Origin: Candidatus Babeliales bacterium
GTDB taxonomy: Bacteria; Babelota; Babeliae; Babelales; JANWKD01
Reading direction: 5' to 3'
Assembly: GCA_963722075.1 (NCBI GenBank)
Contig: CAVRJM010000001.1
Coordinates: forward strand, 832,001-896,000
DNA: 64,000 nucleotides
Below the pieces are notes generated by a model. It had not been told where the DNA came from. It searched no databases and saw only the letters and a program-made list of their open reading frames with translations. Positions 10,752 to 20,560 of the stretch are shown piece by piece. Position 1 is the first letter of the stretch, and the number at the start of each line of letters is the position of its first letter. The position numbers were made by a program, and so were the translations under genes.

Positions 10752-10829
10752 CTGGATCCCCACGCCTTTGGCTCGGGACGACGATGGTTGAAAAAAAGAA
10801 CGTCGTTGCGAGCTTGCGAAGCAATCCAG
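10752..10829. repeat. Palindromic intergenic element (family A, two halves)
   Basis: CTGGATCCCCACG...CTCGGGACGAC ... CGTCGTTGCGAGCTTGCGAAGCAATCCAG. Confidence 0.65.
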
Positions 10830-10926
10830 ATTAAAAATGAAATTGTATACAATTTGTACAGGTTCTATTGCATATATTTGAAATCGAATGGTAAAAAATT
10901 CATTCAATCAAGCTTAATTACTATCA

Positions 10927-11538
10927 ATGTCATACATAAAAAATCATAATGGTTATACACTCATGCAAAAACATGTAGGAATTTTATTAAGAAAATATAC
11001 GCAAACAAAAGAGAAAAGTTCTATTTTTGATGCATACATAGGTCGCCTTGAAGCAATTATACAAAGCCCCCATGTGCATTTATTACATCACGGAACGGTT
11101 TTTTCTTATTACCCTACCCCAAAATATAATAATATATATCTTCTTACTGAAATTGAGATTATTCATACACCCTTTCATTTAGCACGAGAAAATATTAATT
11201 TTTTGCATCACCTGCTTGAATTGTGTTACTACTTTTTACCGCTCCATAGCGAACATGCTGCTGTATTTGAATTAGTGGAAAAAACACTATCACGTCCTAT
11301 AGAAAATAAATTACTACTGTTGTTTCGATTTTTTACTTTAGTAGGTTTTTATCCTGAAAATGTACCTTTTGAGAAAAGTTATTTTCTTCGTTTACTTTCT
11401 TATCCACTTGAAACTATACTAAAAGAAAAACTTGACGATGAGCAGCTTAAGATGCTTGAATCTTGGTTATTACAATGTGTAGAGCTGCATCCGGAAAAAA
11501 AACGTTTTAAAACTATTTATATAGATAAAAAAATATGA
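10927..11538 (+). CDS. Divergent RecO-like DNA repair protein
   Basis: GILLRK...IFD...GRLEA N-terminal OB-like start, helical body (LELCYYFLP...VFEL...LFRFFTLVGFYP), about 200 aa. Confidence 0.55.
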   Translation: MSYIKNHNGYTLMQKHVGILLRKYTQTKEKSSIFDAYIGRLEAIIQSPHVHLLHHGTVFSYYPTPKYNNIYLLTEIEIIHTPFHLARENINFLHHLLELCYYFLPLHSEHAAVFELVEKTLSRPIENKLLLLFRFFTLVGFYPENVPFEKSYFLRLLSYPLETILKEKLDDEQLKMLESWLLQCVELHPEKKRFKTIYIDKKI

Positions 11539-14500
11539 ACGCTTATAAAAATATAATTACCTTTTTTCTCCTGCTGATAGCAAGCTTTTATTGCAATGCA
11601 GGACTTCTTGATTATTTTACCACCAGCGCACCATCAGAAAATCAACAAGCAAAGATTCGATTGCCGCTGGGCATTAATGAAAGAAAAAATCAACTAGAGC
11701 ATCTGAAATTAGAATTAAAAGAGTTACATGCCACTGCCAAAGATTTTGCTCACACAATACAACTAAATCTGGATCAAACATCCAATGAAATTAAAGAAAC
11801 AAAAGCAAAATTAGCTCAAGCTTCAGCAAAAGATGTTTCATTTTTAAATAAAGTATTATCAATATTAAATGAAACCTATCAAACACTCTTTAATTTACAA
11901 TTTTATCGCAAAGAACTTGTATCTATTATTGAACAACATACTGCTCTTCTAGAAAATTTCTTAAAAGATCCCGATTTCAAGTCATTACATTTAAAAGAAC
12001 AATCTTTTTATACCTTTGATGATTTGCAAGAATTTAATAAAAAAGTTGCTATACAGGAAACAAAAATTAATCACTTAACTGAACAAAAGAATGACGGGAT
12101 TATTGCACTTGAAAATGCAAAGAGAAAATTAATCACTATCAGTAAAGATTATGAAGATAAAAAGAAAAAACAGGCAGAATTTAATGTTAAAACACAAACC
12201 CCAGCCGATGGGCAAGCTTCAGCTGAATTTGATTTTAAAGAATTAGGAAGAATAACTGATCTTGAAAAAAACTTAGCTTTATTTGAAAAACAACTTACTG
12301 AATTAAAGATACAAGAATTAACCAAAAAAAATGCTTTCTTAGAAACTTCTATTGCACTTGAAAATGATAAATTAAAAATTATTAAATCAAATGTAGCCCA
12401 CATTAAAGATGCATTGCGTATAGAACCAAAAGATCTTCAAAAGACTAAAGAAAGGCTAGAAACTGATAAAAAAGAATCGCTTGCATTACGCGATACTTAT
12501 TATTCTACTATTAAAGAGCTTTCATCCCAGCGCGAAAATGCTTTAAAAGAACTAGAGCAATTAAAAAAACGATATAACGTCACTGATATAACCGCTATAG
12601 GTGCTACCGATTGGAGCGTTGTACCACATACCAGTCAAGAATGGGTACGATTATGCGAACTAGGATTGAAAGATAATCAAAGCGCGATGCTTGAAAGTAA
12701 AATAGACACCTTGCGCGCTACCATTGATCTAGAAATAAGTAAATTTAAACGCAAAGAAATCGATGTAGAAATCTTCAATACTTGGTATAAAATTACGCGG
12801 CGTCAGTTTAAATCAAATGAAGAAATTTTAAGCACGCTCAAGCATTATCAATCATTATTGGCCGAGCTTACTCGTGAAGAAAATTCAATAAAAGACAAAC
12901 GAAATAGCCTCACCAATCTTATTAATATTCGTAATAAAAACCTGGTGAATCTTAAAACATTAATAGATGAGCTAAAAAAACAACAAAGTACCATCTTCAA
13001 AACAGCAGAAGGGAGATTTAACACTTGTTTAAGCAAGCTTAATCAAACAGAAAAAATCATTGAAGAACAATTAGAAAACAATAATCAGCTCTTAAAATAT
13101 GATAGTGACCTTATAACCCTTATTAGTAACACTATTCAAGGGCTTCATAGCATCATTAATGAGCTTGAAACTAAGAGTATTTGGCAACGTTCAGAATATG
13201 CCATATCCCTCAATGGTATAAACAATATCGGCTCTGATTTAAAATATTTTACTAAAGACATACAAAAGCTTGGGTCTCATTTCTTTTCAAACATCTATGT
13301 CACCATACGGTCTTTATTAAACCAAATTATTTATCATCCCTTTAATTTTATTATTTTTATTTTAAAAGTTCTTTTAATTATTCTCTGTTACCGCTTTTTA
13401 AGAAAACGTTTATATAAATTCATTGCTTATATCAGAAATAAAAAAACTGAAAGCACGAGTATTTTTGTTTTTATAAAAACATTAGAAGTGGTCACCTCTT
13501 TCATCGCACAATACTTTTTAAGAATATACACATGGATGGTTCTTTTTGCGCTTATATATTTTGATTATATTTCTGATAGCTTTTTAAAAGTACTCTTCTA
13601 TTTAGGTTCTATTATTTTTTTCTGCTATATTACCTATCGCTTTATCCAATACGTTATCAAATTTAATAAAGATAATAATTTCATATTTTTTAGCCCCCCA
13701 TTTCAAAAACGTTTTGTATTTGTTTTTGGACTTTTTGCTTATGTAAATATTATTTTATTGCTTTTTAGAGAAGGATATATTGCTGCTACCTATCATGCTT
13801 CAGAATTTCCAATTATACTTCTTGCGCTTTATTCAGTTCTTATTAGAACACTTATTATTTTTTCCATCGGCAAAGAGGAAATATTAAACCTCATTCCAAA
13901 CAGAGGTGCTGGCTGGAAAGCCGTTGCTGAATTTATAGATCGTTATTATTACCTATTATTAAGTATTATTATCGTCTTGATGATTATCAGTGATCCGTAT
14001 ATTGGCGGCTATGGCAACCTCGTTTCCTTCGTATTATGGGGCACCATTGGTACCATACTGCTCATAAAAGTTCTGTTATTTATTCAAGATTATATCAAAG
14101 TAAAATCTTCCGTACTCTTTTTTAAAACCGATGAAGAAACGGTTAAAGAACGATTTATGTATGCCAAAACCTGGTACGGGTTATTTGTCGTTGCGCTCTT
14201 TATCATTTTTGTTTTTCTGGGGATTTTATTAAGCTTCAAAATTTGGGGCAAAACATTCACGCTTAAAGATTTTAGTTCAATTCTTAATTATGGATTATTT
14301 AGTACCGGCTTAGATATCACCACCGGACAACATATTTGGCTTACTCCATTTAAAATTTTAGTTATCTTAGGATTTATATGTGCAGGATTCTTACTTGCCT
14401 TTATGATCAATCGTTTTGTATTACATCGTATTTTTCAATTGTTACCAGTTGATATCGGCATTCAAAATACTGTTTCTAGTTTAACGCGCTATTTAATTAT

Positions 14501-15152
14501 TGTGGCAGCGATTTTTTTAGGGTTTAATTGGGCAAACTTAGGGAACTTATTATTTGTTATCGGTGTAGTAATAGGTAGTATTGGGTATATCGTTAAAGAA
14601 CCAATTGCTGACTTTATTTCTTATTTTATCATTTTAGTACAACGGCCACTTAAAATTGGTGATCTCATTAAAATTAATGATACGTTAGGCTTTGTACGTC
14701 ATATCACCCCGCGTTCAGTAATCTTAAGAACAAAGAATAGTTATACCGTTATCATGCCCAATGCTATGATTATTAATCAGCCAGTTATTAACTGGAACTA
14801 TTCTCGTGGTTTTATTGCATTTGACGATATTTCATTCACTATCCCCTACAGCATTGATCCGCTTAGAGTAAAACAGATCATCGCTGAAGTATTAGATGCT
14901 AATACTGATATTCTCAAAAGCCCTAAACCAATTATTCGGCTTGAGAATTTTGGAGAAAATGGGTATGAATTTATGCTTCGTGGATTTTTAAGTAGCAATA
15001 AAACACTGGAAATTTGGGATATTGCCAGCGAAATACGTTTTGCATTGGTACAAGCGCTGCAAAAACATAATATTAGCATTGCCGTACCAACGCGCGTGAT
15101 ATTCACTAAGCCACATAAAGCATTAGAAGCAGAACCAATTAAAGAGTTGTGA
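11535..15152 (+). CDS. Large MscS/MscK-family mechanosensitive channel
   Basis: Signal peptide, long periplasmic coiled coil, multiple TM helices and C-terminal MscS core (RPLKIGDLI...G.V.HI..RS...IMPN). Confidence 0.9.
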   Translation: MNAYKNIITFFLLLIASFYCNAGLLDYFTTSAPSENQQAKIRLPLGINERKNQLEHLKLELKELHATAKDFAHTIQLNLDQTSNEIKETKAKLAQASAKDVSFLNKVLSILNETYQTLFNLQFYRKELVSIIEQHTALLENFLKDPDFKSLHLKEQSFYTFDDLQEFNKKVAIQETKINHLTEQKNDGIIALENAKRKLITISKDYEDKKKKQAEFNVKTQTPADGQASAEFDFKELGRITDLEKNLALFEKQLTELKIQELTKKNAFLETSIALENDKLKIIKSNVAHIKDALRIEPKDLQKTKERLETDKKESLALRDTYYSTIKELSSQRENALKELEQLKKRYNVTDITAIGATDWSVVPHTSQEWVRLCELGLKDNQSAMLESKIDTLRATIDLEISKFKRKEIDVEIFNTWYKITRRQFKSNEEILSTLKHYQSLLAELTREENSIKDKRNSLTNLINIRNKNLVNLKTLIDELKKQQSTIFKTAEGRFNTCLSKLNQTEKIIEEQLENNNQLLKYDSDLITLISNTIQGLHSIINELETKSIWQRSEYAISLNGINNIGSDLKYFTKDIQKLGSHFFSNIYVTIRSLLNQIIYHPFNFIIFILKVLLIILCYRFLRKRLYKFIAYIRNKKTESTSIFVFIKTLEVVTSFIAQYFLRIYTWMVLFALIYFDYISDSFLKVLFYLGSIIFFCYITYRFIQYVIKFNKDNNFIFFSPPFQKRFVFVFGLFAYVNIILLLFREGYIAATYHASEFPIILLALYSVLIRTLIIFSIGKEEILNLIPNRGAGWKAVAEFIDRYYYLLLSIIIVLMIISDPYIGGYGNLVSFVLWGTIGTILLIKVLLFIQDYIKVKSSVLFFKTDEETVKERFMYAKTWYGLFVVALFIIFVFLGILLSFKIWGKTFTLKDFSSILNYGLFSTGLDITTGQHIWLTPFKILVILGFICAGFLLAFMINRFVLHRIFQLLPVDIGIQNTVSSLTRYLIIVAAIFLGFNWANLGNLLFVIGVVIGSIGYIVKEPIADFISYFIILVQRPLKIGDLIKINDTLGFVRHITPRSVILRTKNSYTVIMPNAMIINQPVINWNYSRGFIAFDDISFTIPYSIDPLRVKQIIAEVLDANTDILKSPKPIIRLENFGENGYEFMLRGFLSSNKTLEIWDIASEIRFALVQALQKHNISIAVPTRVIFTKPHKALEAEPIKEL

Positions 15153-15155
15153 GAG

Positions 15156-15374
15156 TTATTTTTGTACTTTGGAAATTAAGCGGCGAATATATTCAAAACC
15201 GCCGATTTTTACAAAGCCATATACAATTAATCCTACGGCACCAAGAATAACTAACGTATTAAGCCAGCGTTCAAAAAAATTAAAAGCATACATTAAAATA
15301 AGCACGCCAACCACCATGTATACGATAGCTTTTTGGTCTTCAGTTAAATGAAATTTTTTTATCATAACAATCAT
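15156..15374 (-). CDS. Small two-TM membrane protein
   Basis: AAGGA RBS; two hydrophobic helices. Confidence 0.55.
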   Translation of the reverse strand: MIVMIKKFHLTEDQKAIVYMVVGVLILMYAFNFFERWLNTLVILGAVGLIVYGFVKIGGFEYIRRLISKVQK

Positions 15375-15494
15375 CCTTTTTTTTTATTCATCTGGACAAA
15401 AATATACAGATTCTTTTATTAGCTTTGCAATATTCTTTTATTTTTTTTAATTAACAAGAACCTGCCCTGCAGGTGAAGTCATTTTGAATTCAAT

Positions 15495-16043
15495 CTAATT
15501 ATTAGATAAAAAGCCATGAATAGGCCATGGATTTGAAAAATCTAGATGGTAATCAACTAATGGCTTATGATGCACCAATAACTGTATCCATTGAATTTTT
15601 ACCCCATTATCGCGAATTGTTTTAAATAATCCCTCAGTCCACAGTAATTTTTCATAGGTGCTTTGCTTTTTATCAAAGGGATTGCGGTCAAACGAGATAA
15701 AAATTTCTTGCCCACACGCGGATAAAACAACTGCTTGAATTGAAACTTTTTTCTCCATTACTTTTTCTTCATCAAGAACAATAAGCCAACTAGAAATAAG
15801 TTGTTTAACATTTTCTGCCGTATCAGAAGACCATAATAATTCATCTTCTTCACTATTCCAATGATCATGCTTCCAAAAGATTTTTTTTATGGTTTTTTTA
15901 ATAATACCCTGATTATTTTCTCGAGTATTTACTTGCTTTTTAGCTGGTAAACAAATAATAACCCATTGTTGGTTATACGAAAAATATATAAAGGCAATCA
16001 TACTTGAAAGAATGCATAATAAAATATAATGCCATCTGATCAT
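15495..16043 (-). CDS. Membrane-anchored hypothetical protein (possibly GerMN-like)
   Basis: N-terminal TM helix; translationally coupled to the amidase gene. Confidence 0.6.
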   Translation of the reverse strand: MIRWHYILLCILSSMIAFIYFSYNQQWVIICLPAKKQVNTRENNQGIIKKTIKKIFWKHDHWNSEEDELLWSSDTAENVKQLISSWLIVLDEEKVMEKKVSIQAVVLSACGQEIFISFDRNPFDKKQSTYEKLLWTEGLFKTIRDNGVKIQWIQLLVHHKPLVDYHLDFSNPWPIHGFLSNN

Positions 16044-16711
16044 ATATTTTTAAGATAATTAAGTATGTTAATAATGCTATTTTTTAGCGGTATTAGATAA
16101 TGCTTATAATGATCTTTTTTGGGTAAGCTCAATTCAAGAGCAACCGCCGGGCTCGAAATCCCAATTAACGGTTTAAAGGGAATTCCTAAAATACCTTTTA
16201 CTTCCAGTAGTGGATTATATTGTTTTTCATCAAGCCCTGTTTTTATGATTTCGGCACATTTTTTAGCAGTTTTCACTTGCTGTATATGCGCTTTATCATA
16301 ATATTGAAGATGAAGATTGTTTGTTTTTTGCTGCCATTCATCAGTGCTATTAGATAAAAAATAAAATAAATGGCATTGAGATTTTATATCCGATTCTTGA
16401 TAACAATGAATACTTATATAAAAATCAACTTCTAATCGATTAGCAAAATGAGCATTTTGCAATGGTTCTAGAAATTCACCGGGAAAGCGCGTTAAAATAA
16501 CACGGACATTAAGCTGTTCTTGCTCAATAAGCTGCTTCAATTTTTCTGCAACTTGTAAGGTAACGCCACGTTCAAAAGAATCCTCAATAATTCTACCGGC
16601 ATGCTTTGCATCGCCAGCAGGATCAATCATAACGGTAAGTATGTTATTATGGGCTTTTATGCATACACTATTTAGTAAAAATAGAAGGACTATTAATTTA
16701 ATTAACGGCAT
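16040..16711 (-). CDS. N-acetylmuramoyl-L-alanine amidase (Amidase_3 family), atypical first motif
   Basis: VMIDPAGD...ERGVTL...VILTR...FANRLEVDFYISIH...PAVALE; likely start MPLIKLIV overlapping the recD2 stop. Confidence 0.8.
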   Translation of the reverse strand: MPLIKLIVLLFLLNSVCIKAHNNILTVMIDPAGDAKHAGRIIEDSFERGVTLQVAEKLKQLIEQEQLNVRVILTRFPGEFLEPLQNAHFANRLEVDFYISIHCYQESDIKSQCHLFYFLSNSTDEWQQKTNNLHLQYYDKAHIQQVKTAKKCAEIIKTGLDEKQYNPLLEVKGILGIPFKPLIGISSPAVALELSLPKKDHYKHYLIPLKNSIINILNYLKNI

Positions 16712-18885
16712 TGTAAATCCGAAGTTAAGTATTCTTTTAAGAAGGTAATTCGCTTGACTGATTTGTTGTTTTTTATTCCTAATGCAACTGCTTTTGGTTG
16801 CCCAATAAAAATACATAATTTTTTTGCGCGCGTTATAGCGGTATATAATAGATTCCTTTGTAATAACATAAAATGTTGCATGAATAAGGGGACAATAACA
16901 CACGCATATTCTGATCCTTGGCTTTTATGAATCGATAATGCATATGCTAACACCAGCTCATTTAATTCATCAAATTCATATTCTACTATTCTATCCAAAA
17001 AAGTGATGACCATGGTACGATCTTCCAGATTGATATCTTCGATAAAGCCCGTATCGCCATTAAACACTGCTTTATCATAATTATTACGAATCTGCATAAC
17101 TTTATCCCCTACCTTAAATAAGGTACCTCCCCATTGTATCGATTTTTGTGCTATTGCTCCATTTAATAATGTTTGCAAATCTTGATTTAATTTTATGGTT
17201 CCTGCAATTCCCCGATTCATAGGAACTAAAACAGCAGTATCATCAATTTTTATCGAGAAATTTTTTAAGGTATGATTAAATATTTTATCCAGATGATTAA
17301 TGACCAATGAAGGATCTTCTTCTTTTATAAAAAAATAATCTTTACGGCTCCCTTCCATAAAGCCTACGGGAAATTCACCGCTATTGATACGATGGGCATT
17401 TAATATAATCAAACTATCTTGCGCTTGCCGAAAAATATGAGTAAGTCGAATAACCGGAATTATGCCGCTTGCCATCATATCATTAAGAAAATTACCAGGA
17501 CCTACCGAAGGAAGCTGATCACAATCGCCAATAAAAATAAGATGCGTATGCTGTGGAATTGCCTTTAAAAGTGCATATCCCAAAAATGCATCAATCATTG
17601 ATGATTCATCGATAATTAAAAAATCTAAAGAAAGCGCATTTTGTTCATTATGCACAAAATTCATAGTTCCGGGGTCAAATTCCAAAAGGCGATGTATCGT
17701 AACGGCCTGTTTACCGGTACCTTCTATAATTCGTTTTGCGGCTCTGCCGGTGGGTGCAGCCAATTTAAAAGAGCAACCGTTTCCTGCTAAAATAGAAATT
17801 AATTGTTTAATTAAGGTTGTCTTACCCGTACCGGGGCCACCCGTAATAATCGTAATTTTATGTTGCAAACAGTTCATGATACCATGAATCTGATCTTCAT
17901 TAAGCGCAATAGAGTTGCCGGAATTCATACACAGCTGCTTATATAAAGCAGTTAAATCAAATTGATGCTTTGATGACGCTGCCAACAGCTTTTTTATTTT
18001 TTGTGCAATGCCTTTTTCAATGTAATAATATTGGCTAACGGTGAGATAATGCTGCTGATCGATTGAAATTAATTTTATTTTTTCCTGTTGATATAGTTCC
18101 TGTAAAGCATTTCTCAGTAAGGGTAATGCATGTTGCTGATCTAATTGCAATAGCTGTATAGTATCTTGTTTTAATTGATCTACTAAACAGTATAAATGTC
18201 CATTAGTTGATGCCTCGGTAATAACAAACAGTAACGCAGATTTCAATCGCTTAATAGAATCTACCGCTATTCCTAATTTAAGTGCAATTTGATCGGCGGT
18301 TTTAAAACCAATACCCCAAATATCTTCTGATAATCGATAGGGATTTTCGGTAACCAGAGCGATCGATGCTTTTCCATATTTTTTATATATTTTTAAGGCA
18401 TGGCTAGTACCAACCCCTTTTTCTTGTAAAAAAACCATAAGATGAGAAATTTCTTTTTGATCTTGCCAGGCTACAATAATTTGTTCAACTCGCCGTTGCC
18501 CAATGCCATCAACCTCTTGTAAACGCGCTGGCTCTTTATCAATAATTTCAAGAACCTGGGTTCCAAAATGATCAACAAGCTTTTGTGCATATACTTTACC
18601 GACCCCTTTAATAAGGCCTGACCCTAAATATTTTTTGAGACCCTCAATAGTTTCTGGCATCAAAGTACTACTATGTTCGATAGCAAACTGCCTTCCAAAG
18701 GAGGCATGCATCACCCATGCTCCTTTAAGGCAGATCCGTTGCCCTGGCTGAATACCGGCAACATAGCCTTTAGCTACTATTGAATTTTTATAGGCAATGG
18801 TTAAAGAAATAATTGCAAAGCCATTTTCTTCATTTTTGAAAAGAATTTTATCAACCGTACCAACTATTTCTTCTACGTTATTCAT
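16702..18885 (-). CDS. recD2: ATP-dependent RecD2-type DNA helicase
   Basis: YLGSGLIKGVG HhH, GIGFKTAD, GGPGTGKT, APTGRAAKR, IIDESSM, GD.DQLPSVGPG, HKSQGSEY, YTAITRA. Confidence 0.95.
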   Translation of the reverse strand: MNNVEEIVGTVDKILFKNEENGFAIISLTIAYKNSIVAKGYVAGIQPGQRICLKGAWVMHASFGRQFAIEHSSTLMPETIEGLKKYLGSGLIKGVGKVYAQKLVDHFGTQVLEIIDKEPARLQEVDGIGQRRVEQIIVAWQDQKEISHLMVFLQEKGVGTSHALKIYKKYGKASIALVTENPYRLSEDIWGIGFKTADQIALKLGIAVDSIKRLKSALLFVITEASTNGHLYCLVDQLKQDTIQLLQLDQQHALPLLRNALQELYQQEKIKLISIDQQHYLTVSQYYYIEKGIAQKIKKLLAASSKHQFDLTALYKQLCMNSGNSIALNEDQIHGIMNCLQHKITIITGGPGTGKTTLIKQLISILAGNGCSFKLAAPTGRAAKRIIEGTGKQAVTIHRLLEFDPGTMNFVHNEQNALSLDFLIIDESSMIDAFLGYALLKAIPQHTHLIFIGDCDQLPSVGPGNFLNDMMASGIIPVIRLTHIFRQAQDSLIILNAHRINSGEFPVGFMEGSRKDYFFIKEEDPSLVINHLDKIFNHTLKNFSIKIDDTAVLVPMNRGIAGTIKLNQDLQTLLNGAIAQKSIQWGGTLFKVGDKVMQIRNNYDKAVFNGDTGFIEDINLEDRTMVITFLDRIVEYEFDELNELVLAYALSIHKSQGSEYACVIVPLFMQHFMLLQRNLLYTAITRAKKLCIFIGQPKAVALGIKNNKSVKRITFLKEYLTSDLQCR

Positions 18886-18941
18886 GCACACTCAATAATT
18901 CGATTTTATTTTCGACGATTTTTACTTCTTAGGTCAAGCCC

Positions 18942-19102
18942 GTCATCCCGAGCTTGCGTGGGGATCCAGTAGATAAATAAAAAGTCTTTATATTTTATAA
19001 CTGGATTCTTATCCATCTTCGTTAAAACTTCGCCGGACAAGCGATCTATTTATGACGTAATCCGGCGTAGCCGTGGCGAAGTCGGACGATCTCAGAATGA
19101 CA
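18942..19102. repeat. Palindromic element family A with nested family-B insert
   Basis: Arms match 5572-5666; about 75 bp extra (CATCTTCGTTAAAACTTCGCCGGAC...CCGGCGTAGCCGTGGCGAAGTCGGA) in the right arm. Confidence 0.8.
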
Positions 19103-19236
19103 TGTTTAGAACCTTAAATGAAATTCACGTTCAAAGTATTGTTTTAAGATACCATATATTTTTAAACTATACAGCGAACAGCATTAATTATTTTATGTTT
19201 TTTTCTATATGAATTAAATCAAGAAGGAAAAATAAA

Positions 19237-19563
19237 ATGCTCGCTAAAAAATATTCATTCTGTTTGATTTTAATAATCTATCGCCTATTTCCTATGGGGC
19301 AAGCTCCATATCACAATATCTATAGTAATACTGCCGTTCCACTCTCTTACCCCCACCATCAACAAACCTATCAAGCAGGACAACCATCACCGCGAACGCC
19401 ACGCCAATTATTATATCGCGAAAATGAAGACGTAAGCCGTCCACTCAGTTGTAAAGAGCTTATGCTGCTTCTTTACCAACAAACACGCTATAATTGCTGC
19501 GAGTGTCTTAACTGTCTTTTTTGTTGCTGTTTCCCTGAACGCGATTATGATGATGTTGAATAA
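19237..19563 (+). CDS. Small secreted Pro/Gln/Tyr-rich protein with Cys-rich C-terminus
   Basis: AAGGA RBS; signal-like start then MGQAP; CCECLNCLFCCCF near the end. Confidence 0.6.
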   Translation: MLAKKYSFCLILIIYRLFPMGQAPYHNIYSNTAVPLSYPHHQQTYQAGQPSPRTPRQLLYRENEDVSRPLSCKELMLLLYQQTRYNCCECLNCLFCCCFPERDYDDVE

Positions 19564-19567
19564 CGTG

Positions 19568-20533
19568 CTATTTTTTACCTGATTGCATTTTTTCTTTTTG
19601 TTTTGTCTCAAATTCTGCACGTGCTTTATCACAGCTATAATAAAGAGCTTCAAGGAAATCGACTAAATCGGTAATAAACTCATGAAATACGCGGCAACTG
19701 CCAATATGACGCTCAAAGATAACTGGTTCTTGGCCTGCATCAACGCCCGCCCATTCAAGTAAAAAGCTATACGGACGTTTGTATTTCAAACAAAACTCTG
19801 CAATCAATTTTAAAACCAGCTTTTTAGTCCCTTCATCCATTTTAGTAGAAAACGGTGCATTTGCTTTAATAAAATCCATTTTAGCTGCTAAGAGGCACGG
19901 TGCAAATGCTTGTAATGCTTCTTTATATTTTAATTGTAATAGTTCAAGCTCTTCTTTATATTCCTCTTTATTGCTGATATGTTTAGTAACAACTTCCTCT
20001 TTTCTATCACCAATATCCTGTTGATGCTCCTTTTGCAGTTCACGTTTTAATCTCAATGATTCATAACAACGTTCTTCCGTATCTTTTATCGAGCGATGCA
20101 ATGTTTCTTCCAATTCTTGAATGTGCTGTTCGTGCTCTTCTTCTAATAAAAGCTGTTCAGCATTCCAATCAGTGTTATATTGTTGTTCATCAACTACATA
20201 TTTTTTTTCTAAAATAGCCTTTTGCGATAAATATGCTTGCTCTAATTCTTGCTCATATTGCGCTAACCATTGCAAACTGCGATACTTGCCATCAAAAAGA
20301 TAATACCCTTTAACTTCTTTAGTAGTAGGATCCTGAATCCCATATTGTATTTTTCTTAAACCACGTCGCACATGCAAAATGTCGCCCATAGTGGCGCAAT
20401 CAAGTGCAAATGGTTTATTATCTAACCATTTAATAATAGAATTAGTGAGTTTTGGTTTATTACATTCAGATGCGTACGCAATCAGCGAAAATCCTACCAA
20501 TATACCACAAGACTTTTTTATAATCTTTTTCAT
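19568..20533 (-). CDS. Secreted hypothetical protein with central coiled coil
   Basis: AAGGAG RBS, signal peptide ending AYA, 321-aa ORF. Confidence 0.7.
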   Translation of the reverse strand: MKKIIKKSCGILVGFSLIAYASECNKPKLTNSIIKWLDNKPFALDCATMGDILHVRRGLRKIQYGIQDPTTKEVKGYYLFDGKYRSLQWLAQYEQELEQAYLSQKAILEKKYVVDEQQYNTDWNAEQLLLEEEHEQHIQELEETLHRSIKDTEERCYESLRLKRELQKEHQQDIGDRKEEVVTKHISNKEEYKEELELLQLKYKEALQAFAPCLLAAKMDFIKANAPFSTKMDEGTKKLVLKLIAEFCLKYKRPYSFLLEWAGVDAGQEPVIFERHIGSCRVFHEFITDLVDFLEALYYSCDKARAEFETKQKEKMQSGKK

Positions 20534-20560
20534 AGCACTCCTTTATCAACTATCTACTTA

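Noticed and set aside
16712..16903. N-terminal extension of the amidase ORF
   Set aside because: It overlaps recD2 by about 200 bp; the signal-like start at 16711 is more plausible.
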